A DNA stretch of 64,000 nucleotides from a virus: the IMG/VR virus record IMGVR_UViG_3300025942_000003, positions 3,213 to 67,212 of that record. The stretch is one strand, 5' to 3'. Under the pieces are notes generated by a model. The model saw only the letters and a program-made list of their open reading frames with translations. It did no database searches and was not told the origin of the DNA. The position numbers and the translations under genes were made by a program. Of the stretch, positions 17,953 to 26,945 are shown piece by piece (the stretch's first letter is position 1; each line of letters starts with the position of its first letter).

Positions 17953-18429
17953 TTAGTCCAGTGCCCTATTTAGTTGCTTAAGCGCCTCGGTTAGCGTCTG
18001 CTCTCTTCGTTCATCTTCCTTGCGATCTTTGACTACCAAACTGAAAGTTGGCTGCTTGCGATGCTGGCGCGGGTTCTTCTGTCTCGGAAAAACCAGCGAA
18101 CTGTATTGCGCCGACTCAGGCGGGAAGCGGCGATCCAAGGGCACGTCTTTGTAGCCATGCCACGGACTAATACAAGCAATGTCGGCTTGGTCCTCCGACG
18201 AGAAGAATCCGCCGTTCTCAAACCATATTAGCTTCTGCTTCTTTCCGTCAACCTCAACGCCTTTTGGACATGGAATCTTCATCACGTTCCATGAGAAGTG
18301 AATGAATGGACGGAAGACGCACTTGAAAAACAGCTTGCGATACCACGGCGTTGAAGGGTCAAGATCCCACTTCCAGTGAGCCACCATCCAGATTCTGTCC
18401 AGAGATTCAGCGACTCGTTCTGGAAGCAT
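17953..18429 (-). CDS. Hypothetical protein
   Basis: 158 aa with strong SD GGAGGAGG. Confidence 0.65.
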   Translation of the reverse strand: MLPERVAESLDRIWMVAHWKWDLDPSTPWYRKLFFKCVFRPFIHFSWNVMKIPCPKGVEVDGKKQKLIWFENGGFFSSEDQADIACISPWHGYKDVPLDRRFPPESAQYSSLVFPRQKNPRQHRKQPTFSLVVKDRKEDERREQTLTEALKQLNRALD

Positions 18430-18432
18430 TCG

Positions 18433-18570
18433 CTAACCTCCTCCTTGCCCCGGCCCTTTGCCTGGATTATCAATGTCACCTTGCGGCTTTGGCTTTGGTG
18501 CTGGTTTGGGCTCTGGTTGCGGTTGAGGTGGTCGCTGTGGCTTGTCTTTATCAGGTTTATTTGCACTCAT
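18433..18570 (-). CDS. Short Pro/Lys-rich peptide
   Basis: MSANKPDKDKPQRPPQPQPEPKPAPKPKPQGDIDNPGKGPGQGGG; SD GGAG. Confidence 0.45.
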   Translation of the reverse strand: MSANKPDKDKPQRPPQPQPEPKPAPKPKPQGDIDNPGKGPGQGGG

Positions 18571-18669
18571 ACTCGACTCCGTTATCCTTTTCAAGTAATC
18601 GAACAGTGAGTGAGATAGCACTGTAAGGTTCCAAAACTGTCACGTCTGATGCTCCTTGGGGGCTGCGTC

Positions 18670-19260
18670 TCATCTTGCGCGAATGGCGAACGCAATTGCT
18701 ATCACTACTGAGCCGATGGTTATCAACGACACCAGTAATCCTACTCCTATAATCGCATAGGTCACAGTGTTCTTTGCTCCAGCCCCCTTACCAGCGCCTT
18801 CATAACTGGACTTCTCCAGCGCTGAGATACGTTCAGTCAAACCCGTCACGGTATTGGCTAACTGTGTGGCGAGCGCGGTTGCGGTGCTGCTTACAGATGC
18901 GCGAATGGTTTCCGCTGCGGCTGTTGTTGTTGCAGCTAGTGTCTGCACGGCGGCAAGTTGTTGTTCTGCCGTCCTTCCTACCGCCAACACGTCCACCTGA
19001 CGTATCGCGTCGATGCGTCTTGATTCCGAGTCTCGAAGTTCTTTCGCGTGTTCCGCTCGGATAACCATACGCTGCTCAACTCCGCTCAACTTCTCTGCCA
19101 GAACTCGGATCTCTGCATCAATTCGTCGGTCATTCAGTTGTCGAAGATCATCCTGCCTTTTGTTGGCAGCCTCGGTCAGAGCGATGACGTTCTCAGTCGG
19201 ATCGATAACCTGATTCCCCTGAGCGTCTACGCCAATCCCCTGTCTGTTCTGTCCAGCCAA
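18670..19260 (-). CDS. Coiled-coil protein with C-terminal TM anchor
   Basis: SD AAGGAG before TTG; RISALEK...G-rich, then a hydrophobic tail. Confidence 0.65.
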   Translation of the reverse strand: MAGQNRQGIGVDAQGNQVIDPTENVIALTEAANKRQDDLRQLNDRRIDAEIRVLAEKLSGVEQRMVIRAEHAKELRDSESRRIDAIRQVDVLAVGRTAEQQLAAVQTLAATTTAAAETIRASVSSTATALATQLANTVTGLTERISALEKSSYEGAGKGAGAKNTVTYAIIGVGLLVSLITIGSVVIAIAFAIRAR

Positions 19261-19275
19261 GCACGGAATCTCCTT

Positions 19276-19443
19276 CTATAAGATCTTCCCGTTCACCAGC
19301 CCTGTTACCTTCTCATTCGTATCTGTCACAGTCTGTTCTGTCTGTCGGTGTTCCAGATGGCTCCAGAGACGGCTAAGCACCACGACGAGGATAGTGGTTG
19401 CGTTGCTGATAATGGCGACGATGACTGCTTCGGTGAATTTCAT
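19276..19443 (-). CDS. Small holin-like membrane protein (55 aa; not in the ORF track)
   Basis: MKFTEAVIVAIISNATTILVVVLSRLWSHLEH...VTGLVNGKIL*. Confidence 0.5.
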   Translation of the reverse strand: MKFTEAVIVAIISNATTILVVVLSRLWSHLEHRQTEQTVTDTNEKVTGLVNGKIL

Positions 19444-19641
19444 TTAGGTGTCAGGTTCTGGGTAAGTAATCACAGCGTCTCGGAGCCCTTCACGAAGTTT
19501 TCATCGTTGTCTCCCCAACAGACTATCCCTGCAAAATAACTCCGAGACGCTGCTACTTGATGTCGCCTCCCCGTGGCAGCCCCTCCAGCAGCACGGGCTG
19601 ACCAACTCGCGCTGCATCTGTCCCGAAGAGGCGGCAACTCG

Positions 19642-20274
19642 TTAGGTAGTGGGCTCTGTCGCGGGCGGCTCTTCCGTCAGTCCGCCAAAAGCGATCTTTA
19701 CATCACTGACCGCTGCGGGGTCGCCTGTGGTAACAGTGAAGTCAGCCGCGCCACTGCCAAGGATTTCGCCCTTTGCATTAGTAACCGACGCGGTAAGCGA
19801 CGCAACCCCTGAATGGCCGAAACTGGCAACTCCCGAACCCGTTGCTCGATCGAACGATACGGCAACAACTGAATCGTCGCTGGATTTGACATCAACGCTC
19901 AGTCCGCTGGTGTTGGGCAGCGGCTCGCCCTCAGCGTCCGTCACGCCGCCGATGGAAATCGAAAATGGTTCGTCCTGATGATCGTTTGCTACTTTGAACA
20001 CGAATGTTACCTCCAAAGGTTTAGGCTGCGGTGGCGGCAGCGTTAGTCCCTTTGCAATCGCTTCGGCCACCAGAGCGAAGCCTGCCATAATTGAATCGTT
20101 CTGAATCGATAGCCACTTGGATAAATCCGCAAACCCTTCTTCCAGTGTCCGCTGAATTGACTTGTCCTTATCGACTGGTCCAAGGCGCTCGCGAATGATT
20201 TGCAGTTCGCCGTGCATGCCGCCAAGTCGTTGCATGAAGGCTGCGTCAAATGTCACTAATTCTCTATCGCTCAT
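19642..20274 (-). CDS. Protein with helical N-terminus and Ig-like C-terminal domain
   Basis: DAEGEP...SSDDSVVAVS...GVASLTASV (Big-like). Confidence 0.55.
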   Translation of the reverse strand: MSDRELVTFDAAFMQRLGGMHGELQIIRERLGPVDKDKSIQRTLEEGFADLSKWLSIQNDSIMAGFALVAEAIAKGLTLPPPQPKPLEVTFVFKVANDHQDEPFSISIGGVTDAEGEPLPNTSGLSVDVKSSDDSVVAVSFDRATGSGVASFGHSGVASLTASVTNAKGEILGSGAADFTVTTGDPAAVSDVKIAFGGLTEEPPATEPTT

Positions 20275-20278
20275 TACT

Positions 20279-20755
20279 TCACCTGATCGCGATGCACTGT
20301 CTTGGATCAATATCCCCCGGCCTGCCCCACGGACAGCCGGTCAGTTGGTAGAAGATCTCGGTGCGCACTGATGGTTGCTCGATGGAACCGCTCAGCCAGT
20401 GAGCAAATACATCACTGGGGATCGTTAACTCTCTGCCGTTATTGCCAAGTACTTGAAGTGCTTGAACCAGTGGCGGGATGTCGGCAGTGCGGCGGATGAA
20501 TTCGATGGCGGACTCGCTGAGTCGCACGATGATCTCTGCTCGGTTGTACGCCGACCACTCATCATCCGGCACATCCAGCAGTTTCTCTTTGTTGGGACAG
20601 GAGAGCGTAACCATCAGCTTCGTGTCTGCTGAGCCATTGAATCGCAAGGTTGGGTGCTGTTCTCGCCACTGAGCTACAGGCGTAACTTGAACTACAGTGC
20701 AGGGCGGGAGGTTGGGTTGCTGCAAGGTGAGCAGGGTTAGTAGCAGGATGAGCAT
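20279..20755 (-). CDS. Putative secreted protein
   Basis: MLILLLTLLTLQQP signal-like N-terminus; SD GGAGG. Confidence 0.6.
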   Translation of the reverse strand: MLILLLTLLTLQQPNLPPCTVVQVTPVAQWREQHPTLRFNGSADTKLMVTLSCPNKEKLLDVPDDEWSAYNRAEIIVRLSESAIEFIRRTADIPPLVQALQVLGNNGRELTIPSDVFAHWLSGSIEQPSVRTEIFYQLTGCPWGRPGDIDPRQCIAIR

Positions 20756-20769
20756 TAAGTCGATCCTCC

Positions 20770-21276
20770 TTACAGTTTAGCCGCTTCGAACGCTGCGCTC
20801 ACGGCCGACGGATTAGCCAGTCGTTCAATCGTGCTGATAGCTGTATTCGCTGCCGGGGATGCCGCACGAGCACGTGAGACTACTTCTGGCTGCGCTGTTC
20901 CCTGTTGCTGGAGCAACACCGCAATCAGCCGCACGCTGGACGAGACGATTGCCAAAGCCACCTTCACCTGCGAACTAAGATTGATACCAATAGCCGCCAT
21001 CAGCGTTGAGATATTGCCCACCAGCGTATTGAAGAACGTCGTCGCATTGGTGAAGTCGCCGCGGCGATAAGCGGAGTCAAACTCACCTGCGACACTGATA
21101 ATCCTGGCAATGAACTGGGCTTGCGCCGGCAGCAATCCAGCAATTTCATTGAGAAACGCGCTGATGGTCTGCACGTAGATAGTAACTTTTTCGGCTCCGC
21201 ACTTGTACGCAGATGTTGTAAGAGTGAGAGCAGCCAGCCCTATTGCACCGCGCTTGGCAAATGTTCTTCGATTCAT
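20770..21276 (-). CDS. Putative Tat-exported (lipo)protein, first gene of the late operon
   Basis: MNRRTFAKRG twin-arginine motif, hydrophobic stretch, ...SAYKC. Confidence 0.55.
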   Translation of the reverse strand: MNRRTFAKRGAIGLAALTLTTSAYKCGAEKVTIYVQTISAFLNEIAGLLPAQAQFIARIISVAGEFDSAYRRGDFTNATTFFNTLVGNISTLMAAIGINLSSQVKVALAIVSSSVRLIAVLLQQQGTAQPEVVSRARAASPAANTAISTIERLANPSAVSAAFEAAKL

Positions 21277-21467
21277 TTAGGAGAATCTCCATTCGTTAAA
21301 TTCTCAAGGAAAGTGCAAGGGCGACTGAGGCCCGCTGGTCACTTGTCCGCTGTGTTTACCTAGGCCACAACCTTCAAAGTGTGCGGGCACGAATCGCAAG
21401 CGACTCTCTCAGACGCGGGCGCGAGTTACTTTAAGGCTCAGGGCACATATTTCGTCCACGCAGGCCC

Positions 21468-21494
21468 ATAATAGCACTAGCACGCTACTTGCAG
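21468..21494 (-). promoter_or_regulatory. Candidate late-operon promoter
   Basis: Extended -10 TGcTATTAT, ~190 nt upstream of 21276. Confidence 0.45.
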
Positions 21495-21931
21495 GAAAGA
21501 ATTATCAGGACGATGCCGCCGAACGCTTCTCTTCCAGCCTTTTCAGTTTACGTGCACGCCTCTTAATCCGTAGGCGCATGCGCCCGCGACTGCCGTTTGC
21601 ACTCTTGGTTTTTTCTGGCTTCGCCAGGTATCGGCGGATGTCCGCCGTAATGGTAAATTCTTCGAGACATTAGTAACTCGCTTTCTGAAAGGACTCTGCA
21701 ACCTTATTCGCTACTGCTGATAGTTCTGATCCAGCAAGATGAAATACTAAAGCTGCAATTAGAACCGCTAAGGCAAACATGAGAATAGATTCAAGAAAGT
21801 TATTTGATGTAGTTGTCATCATTGTCTCCCTGGTTCGGATTGTCCCTCGCCATACTTCTTGTAAGCCACGCACGCAGTAGCCAAATATCACTCCGCCCAC
21901 AAATATTGCAAGTAGGGCCATCCCCGCCATT

Positions 21932-22174
21932 TCATTCACCTCCGTCTGGTTGCTGCGTCGTGATTGCAGGCTCTGATGCTAACCACGCCTCTTCAATTAA
22001 CTGCTTATCACCCTGACACTGGAGACAGCCCGTGGCTTTCCACTGCGCCTGAAACTGACAGGGACAAAGTTCAACACGAAGGTAAAGGCGACGCAGTGCT
22101 TGAGCAACAGGGTCAACGCGGTCCCCCTCATATTTGTTGAAGTTCACCATTAGACGCTCAGTCTCAGGTTTCAT
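21932..22174 (-). CDS. Hypothetical Cys-containing protein
   Basis: SD GGGAG; CPC and CxxC motifs. Confidence 0.5.
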   Translation of the reverse strand: MKPETERLMVNFNKYEGDRVDPVAQALRRLYLRVELCPCQFQAQWKATGCLQCQGDKQLIEEAWLASEPAITTQQPDGGE

Positions 22175-22193
22175 TCATCTCTCCCTTGTCGCG

Positions 22194-24440
22194 CTATTCA
22201 TCGGTGTCAACCCACGTATCGAGCGGGCAATGCCGACCAGTCTTTGCGGGTTCGCCGTCACGAAGCTGTGGGCACTGGTCCCACTGGCACTCTCCGTCAG
22301 AGCGCGCAGCCCTGCATCGTTCCCGGTCCTCGTAGCGTTCCTTGCTCAACGCCTCCAACTTCCTCACCACTTGATCTCTATCTACATACGCCACTCCAGC
22401 AAAGGGAATAATGGAAGCGTTATTTACTATGTCGATGCAGGATTGGATGGTGGTAGAGCGCGTCTCAGTGAGATCAGCGCTATGTTTCGTAATCTGTTTC
22501 TGAAAGTTCTTCGCCAGCCCCTTCTCAAGCGCGTAACCAACCCGCAACGTAGATAACTCCCGCTCGAATCTCTGCAATCGCGCGACCTCAGTTCGTAGCC
22601 GCTCTACTTCTCCAGCCTCAGCAAGCACAGCGCAGTGCTTAGAGATGATCGCAGTGACAATCTCCTTGAATGCCTGCATAGTGTTGTCATCAGGGGTCAA
22701 TTCGTTATCAAGCGTTTCCTCGCACAGGTTAAACACGAACGACGCTATTTCATCCGTCGCCGCTTCTACCCCTGCCTGCGTGGGCTCAGTGGGTGGGAAG
22801 TGTGCCAAGGTGTCAGTAATGATGCTTCGCAGGTCTGCCGCTCCGCACTTCATTCTGATTCTCTCGCCTGCGGGAGTCTCAACGATGGACTGCAAGATTG
22901 CATCAATGTGGGCTGCCCCTTCACCGGGAGCGATGGTGCTCGGCTGGCGATCTGAAAGACTGTTCTCGTTAATCGCTTTAATCAATTGGTCCAGATGTTC
23001 ATCGTGCTCAACGTCAGGATGCTCGCTCAGCCATTTATCTAGTAAATCGATCGCACGTTGGTTCCCGTGCGTAAACGTGTAATAACCAAACGCGCCAAGG
23101 TTCTCGATTGAGCCAATGACGCACGGTCCGCAGAGAAGATTTTCATCGCCGTGGATCTTGGACCACAGTTCATCCGATACCATCACGTCCACCTTGTAGC
23201 GCGTGCCGCAACGTTGACATTTACAGCCATCAGCACGCAGATCGTGTGCGGCCACACCCGCGATTATTGGAGCGGGAGCGGGATCTAACAACTCCTTATC
23301 GTGGCAACGACATTCACACCATCCATCAGGACCAGTTGGCACAAACGACGGATCACAGTGAATACACCTACCCGGCGGAGTTTCTCCTGTTGCTGTTATG
23401 CCGACGTTGAATGCGATGCACGGTTCGCCCTGACAATCGCAGCAGTAAGAAGGAGCATCGACCCGCGTGTGCCAGTGATGCCCATCGCGCCACCCTTCGG
23501 CTGCTGCTGCGGGTGGAGCATATGCGTGTGCGTCTCTGAATCCGCTGTCAGCATCGTGGATGGGATGCGTGGATAATTTATCGCACTCTGCGCAGGGCGC
23601 TCCCTTGAGCCGTTGCTCCCCTTTGACCCCTACCACGAACGGGGCGGCGTGGAGTTGTCGTCCTTCGGTGACGTAGTTTCTTGTTAGGTTGTAGTTGTGT
23701 TTCTGTTCGACTGCGGCGAATAGATCAAAGCCGTGAAGTTCAGCGTTGTAGAAGAGGCCAATCAGCACATCGGCCAACTCAATCGGTACGCCTTGAGGTT
23801 TGCCGTTCGCGTCAACGGTTATTCGGAAGTCTCCGTTACGCCTAAATGCGCGGAATGCTTCAGAGAGTTCCTCGTGCAAGTGCGCTACCTCTTCAGCGAA
23901 CGTATTCTTAAGTTCCGGGTCCCAATTCGCGGTTCGGCACTCTTCAAACAATCGCCGCTGAAACGATTGCTCTCCAACGCCTGCGCCAGTGGTTGCAGAC
24001 ACGAACGTTTGTCCACAGTCTTTGCAGTAAGGAGCATCAATGCGGTGTTTGCCCGTGACTGAAACGTCGCACCGCTCACTCACCACGGGTGGCTGGTGGA
24101 CCAGAGAGGCGGGTTGATGAAGTAAGACCTGACGAACTCGAACGCACTCGTTTTCCATGCACGCGGCACTTGAAGCGCGATGGTTTTGCTGATCGTGCCA
24201 ATAACCAAAGAAGAAGGCTAGCTCTCGTTGACAATCGTGATAGGTAGAGGGGTGGACCAGATCCTTCTCAACGTGACAGGTAATTTGGCTCGCTATCTGT
24301 CTTACTGCTGCCTTAAATTGTGGCGGGGTAAATAGCTCGCTCCAAGGACTCAGCGCAAACTCGGCCCGTTCTTCTCTGGTCCAAGGTAAAGTGAACGGTT
24401 TACGCTCCACTGGGGCTGCTGGTTGATTGTCGTCAGTCAT
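22194..24440 (-). CDS. Mosaic protein containing a MazG-like nucleotide pyrophosphohydrolase domain and several Cys/His modules
   Basis: EEVAHLHEELSEAFRAFR...KPQGVPIELADVLIGLF...DLFAAVEQKHNYNLTR. Confidence 0.7.
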   Translation of the reverse strand: MTDDNQPAAPVERKPFTLPWTREERAEFALSPWSELFTPPQFKAAVRQIASQITCHVEKDLVHPSTYHDCQRELAFFFGYWHDQQNHRASSAACMENECVRVRQVLLHQPASLVHQPPVVSERCDVSVTGKHRIDAPYCKDCGQTFVSATTGAGVGEQSFQRRLFEECRTANWDPELKNTFAEEVAHLHEELSEAFRAFRRNGDFRITVDANGKPQGVPIELADVLIGLFYNAELHGFDLFAAVEQKHNYNLTRNYVTEGRQLHAAPFVVGVKGEQRLKGAPCAECDKLSTHPIHDADSGFRDAHAYAPPAAAAEGWRDGHHWHTRVDAPSYCCDCQGEPCIAFNVGITATGETPPGRCIHCDPSFVPTGPDGWCECRCHDKELLDPAPAPIIAGVAAHDLRADGCKCQRCGTRYKVDVMVSDELWSKIHGDENLLCGPCVIGSIENLGAFGYYTFTHGNQRAIDLLDKWLSEHPDVEHDEHLDQLIKAINENSLSDRQPSTIAPGEGAAHIDAILQSIVETPAGERIRMKCGAADLRSIITDTLAHFPPTEPTQAGVEAATDEIASFVFNLCEETLDNELTPDDNTMQAFKEIVTAIISKHCAVLAEAGEVERLRTEVARLQRFERELSTLRVGYALEKGLAKNFQKQITKHSADLTETRSTTIQSCIDIVNNASIIPFAGVAYVDRDQVVRKLEALSKERYEDRERCRAARSDGECQWDQCPQLRDGEPAKTGRHCPLDTWVDTDE

Positions 24441-24446
24441 GGCTCG

Positions 24447-24734
24447 CTACTCCTTCACCATTGCTGTGAATTCCGGCACCGCCTCACGCTGAACCAGATA
24501 GCGGCCTATCAACTGATCGTTAGGATCATACATTGCGAACGTGAGTGGCCACTCCGCTTCCCATCCATCGTGGTTGCTGTGATAGTCCTCCGCCGCAAAC
24601 TCCGCTGCCCAGCGACCGGCACCGCCTTCTGTTGACGGTTTGAAGCCGGGGAGATCGTAGCGTTCGTCCGCGTCGTGGTCCTCGACGCTGTACCGGAAGT
24701 AAACCCGCTTCACTGGTTGATTGTCGTTACTCAT
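24447..24734 (-). CDS. Hypothetical protein
   Basis: AAEFAAEDYHSNHDGWEAEWPLTF...VQREAVPEF; SD GGAG. Confidence 0.6.
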   Translation of the reverse strand: MSNDNQPVKRVYFRYSVEDHDADERYDLPGFKPSTEGGAGRWAAEFAAEDYHSNHDGWEAEWPLTFAMYDPNDQLIGRYLVQREAVPEFTAMVKE

Positions 24735-25029
24735 CGTAAACTCCAAGTGATTTAGCGCAAGCGTACCAGCCTTCGCGAGCGGCGCGTTTGATAGACCAAT
24801 GCTTGTCGCCATTCTTGGCCCACCACTGCTCAAATAGGTCTGGTGCTTTGGCCTGACTGTTCCATGTTCGGTTTGGTCCTTTTGCGACTTCTGCCACTGA
24901 GACGGGCTGTAATCGATCAAGATCAATGCCTTGGCGACGTGCTGCCAGTTCATTACCTTTTACACATGAAATCTTGTGTCCCCGGCTCAGCCCGCATTCA
25001 GAACAGCCCGCTGGTTGATTGTTGCTCAT
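24727..25029 (-). CDS. Hypothetical protein
   Basis: CSECG..GHKISC; FEQWWAKNG. Confidence 0.55.
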   Translation of the reverse strand: MSNNQPAGCSECGLSRGHKISCVKGNELAARRQGIDLDRLQPVSVAEVAKGPNRTWNSQAKAPDLFEQWWAKNGDKHWSIKRAAREGWYACAKSLGVYDE

Positions 25030-25071
25030 TTCGTTTCTCCAAGTGCTGCGCACTTGCTATAATTCAACATC

Positions 25072-25170
25072 GTGATTAAGTCCCTCCGCTATCGGATTTA
25101 CCCAACAAAACAACAGACCGCCAAATTGAATTTTCAACTTGTTCTGTGTTGCGAACTTTACAACGCGTAT
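25072..25170 (+). pseudogene. tnpB: Truncated IS200/IS605 TnpB N-terminal (HTH_OrfB) remnant
   Basis: MIKSLRYRIYPTKQQTAKLNFQLVLCCELYNA matches the typical TnpB start. Similarity stops at ~33 aa. TGcTATAAT lies upstream at 25055-25063. Confidence 0.7.
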
Positions 25171-25439
25171 CCAGCGGCGCACTTGTTCGGACATGGCTCT
25201 TTGATTAACACTGGTCCAACTTTGCCGCTAACACGCCGCTCTTCTTGGCACATCTCACAGGTGCGCGTCTGCGGCTCCAGTTCCCGCCTCTCTGTTGCTG
25301 CTGTATCAGTAGTCATTGGTATCCTCTTCGTCTGGCTGCTGAGTTGGTGGAAAGTAAGTTGTGATGTCTCTACCACAATCACACCGACTGCGAATTATGA
25401 TCAACTTATCGTCGGCTGTATCAGGTTTAGATTGAGTGG

Positions 25440-25679
25440 TCATCGTTGATTCTCCGCTCGCTGGTCTAACATTGCACTGGCAAGGTCATAGGCTTTGGCC
25501 GCAGCCCACCGGGGATTTGTTTCTCCAGCGTCTTTGCCTAACATGACGCCCGCCAGCGCAAATGCGGCAAATAGATCGCGCAACGACACACTCAAGTGGA
25601 CCTCTATCGATTCCGACTTCTGTATAAACTGGTCAACCGGAGAATCGATCGTTCCTGTTATCCCTACTCCGTCAGCCAT
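25440..25679 (-). CDS. Conserved small phage protein
   Basis: SLRDLFAAFALAG...AAAKAYDLASAMLDQR. Confidence 0.65.
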   Translation of the reverse strand: MADGVGITGTIDSPVDQFIQKSESIEVHLSVSLRDLFAAFALAGVMLGKDAGETNPRWAAAKAYDLASAMLDQRAENQR

Positions 25680-25696
25680 TAGAAACCTCCAGTTAC

Positions 25697-25918
25697 TTAT
25701 CCTTTAGGACGATCTTTATGCTTGGGTATTGGCTTACGACTGGCTCGCCATTTCTCAAGAGCCTTTTCGCCTGTCTCTACAAATTTAACCCTGCGCGGTC
25801 GATCCCAATAGGGGGAATTACATTTCTTATTCGCACACGTCTTTGGTTTCTCTGGTGACTTAGGCCACCATTCATAGCCACAGCGAAGGCAGATAAGTTG
25901 TTTAAGTGCCGAGCTCAT
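25697..25918 (-). CDS. Zn-ribbon protein
   Basis: CLRCGYEWWPKSPEKPKTC...CNSPYWDRPR. Confidence 0.6.
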   Translation of the reverse strand: MSSALKQLICLRCGYEWWPKSPEKPKTCANKKCNSPYWDRPRRVKFVETGEKALEKWRASRKPIPKHKDRPKG

Positions 25919-26514
25919 TGCAACCCTCCCCACTGTTCAGCCATTGCTTCGGCAATGCCATTCAATGTCCGCGATCTATTCTTCCATCTGTCCGGCGAAG
26001 GCGGCTCGTGATGCACTCGCGGTCTACGACCCTCAACTATGTTTGTCGGTTGCAAGGGTGACAGATTCTTCAACCATAGACAGGTTGCTTTGACTTCGCC
26101 GTGCCCGAATTGCCAAGGCTGGATAATCTGATCAGGCTTGCGCCACCTCGTTGACATAATTCCAACCGGGTTTTCAATAGCGATCCGCTCGATAGGCGCA
26201 TTTGCCAGTGTCATGAAGAAACTGACCGCCTCAGACTGCTCTCGCTGCTTCTCCTTAAACCAGCGGGCGCCTGGAACCGCAAGATGCGTACACGGCGGAA
26301 ACGCAATCATTAAATCGAATGGGTTCACGTCTAAAGTGGTTAAGAACTCGAGGAGATCTCCTTGATGGTGTACGGCTAGAGATAACTGGCTCAAAGGCTC
26401 ATCGGGACGACTGCTCTCGCAGGGAAGCAGATCTACAGACCATGCCTCATGTCCACGTGCAGCAAACGCATCACGTACGATTCCCGAGAACTCACATGCC
26501 ACAAGGACTCTCAC
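25915..26514 (-). CDS. Short phage DNA cytosine methyltransferase-like protein
   Basis: MRVLVACEFSGIVRDAF, DLMIAFPPCTHL (PC), IAIENP, RSRTLNGIAEAMAEQWG. Confidence 0.8.
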   Translation of the reverse strand: MRVLVACEFSGIVRDAFAARGHEAWSVDLLPCESSRPDEPLSQLSLAVHHQGDLLEFLTTLDVNPFDLMIAFPPCTHLAVPGARWFKEKQREQSEAVSFFMTLANAPIERIAIENPVGIMSTRWRKPDQIIQPWQFGHGEVKATCLWLKNLSPLQPTNIVEGRRPRVHHEPPSPDRWKNRSRTLNGIAEAMAEQWGGLQ

Positions 26515-26698
26515 GCCAGCGCCCTCAAGATCTCCGCATTTCTGTAAACGCCTCGTCTATTTGCGCCCAACTCCACTCTGAAAAGTCCGGTAGGCAGTAG
26601 TCGTACAGGTGATCAGCAACCCATCGGGCTTCTTCTTTTGACATCCCGAGCTGGTTTAGGCATCGTTCGATTATTTGTTGGTTTGTCATAGTGAGGAC

Positions 26699-26727
26699 AA
26701 GATAACATAACTATATAGACTTGTCTA
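26699..26727 (-). promoter_or_regulatory. Sigma70-type promoter with overlapping palindrome
   Basis: TAGACA-17-TATCTT; TATAGAC..GTCTATA inverted repeat over the -35; drives a 54-aa ORF at ~26525-26689. Confidence 0.55.
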
Positions 26728-26945
26728 TAGCTCTGTGAGAATTCTTTTAGGTGAGGCAGAAAGGGGCTGAACCGCTTGGCTGGTTATTTCCTCGCGCACT
26801 GCCTTATAGCGATTCGCCACAGCAGCACGGTCTGGATGGGTTATTGCGTATCAGTTCGCCCCTTCCCTGCTGGTTATGGTTTTACAGGTTAACATTACGG
26901 GCAGGCTGTTCCTTTATCTTCTGCTCATGATGCAGATGTCCGTGC

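Noticed and set aside
24419-25022. CRISPR-like array from the regularly spaced 12-15-bp repeat
   Set aside because: Repeats are too short, spacers are ~290 bp and coding, and there are no cas genes.
19586-26830. Shared 11-mer CAGCAGCACGG in two structured intergenic regions
   Set aside because: Many 11-mer matches are expected by chance in 64 kb, and no further similarity is visible.
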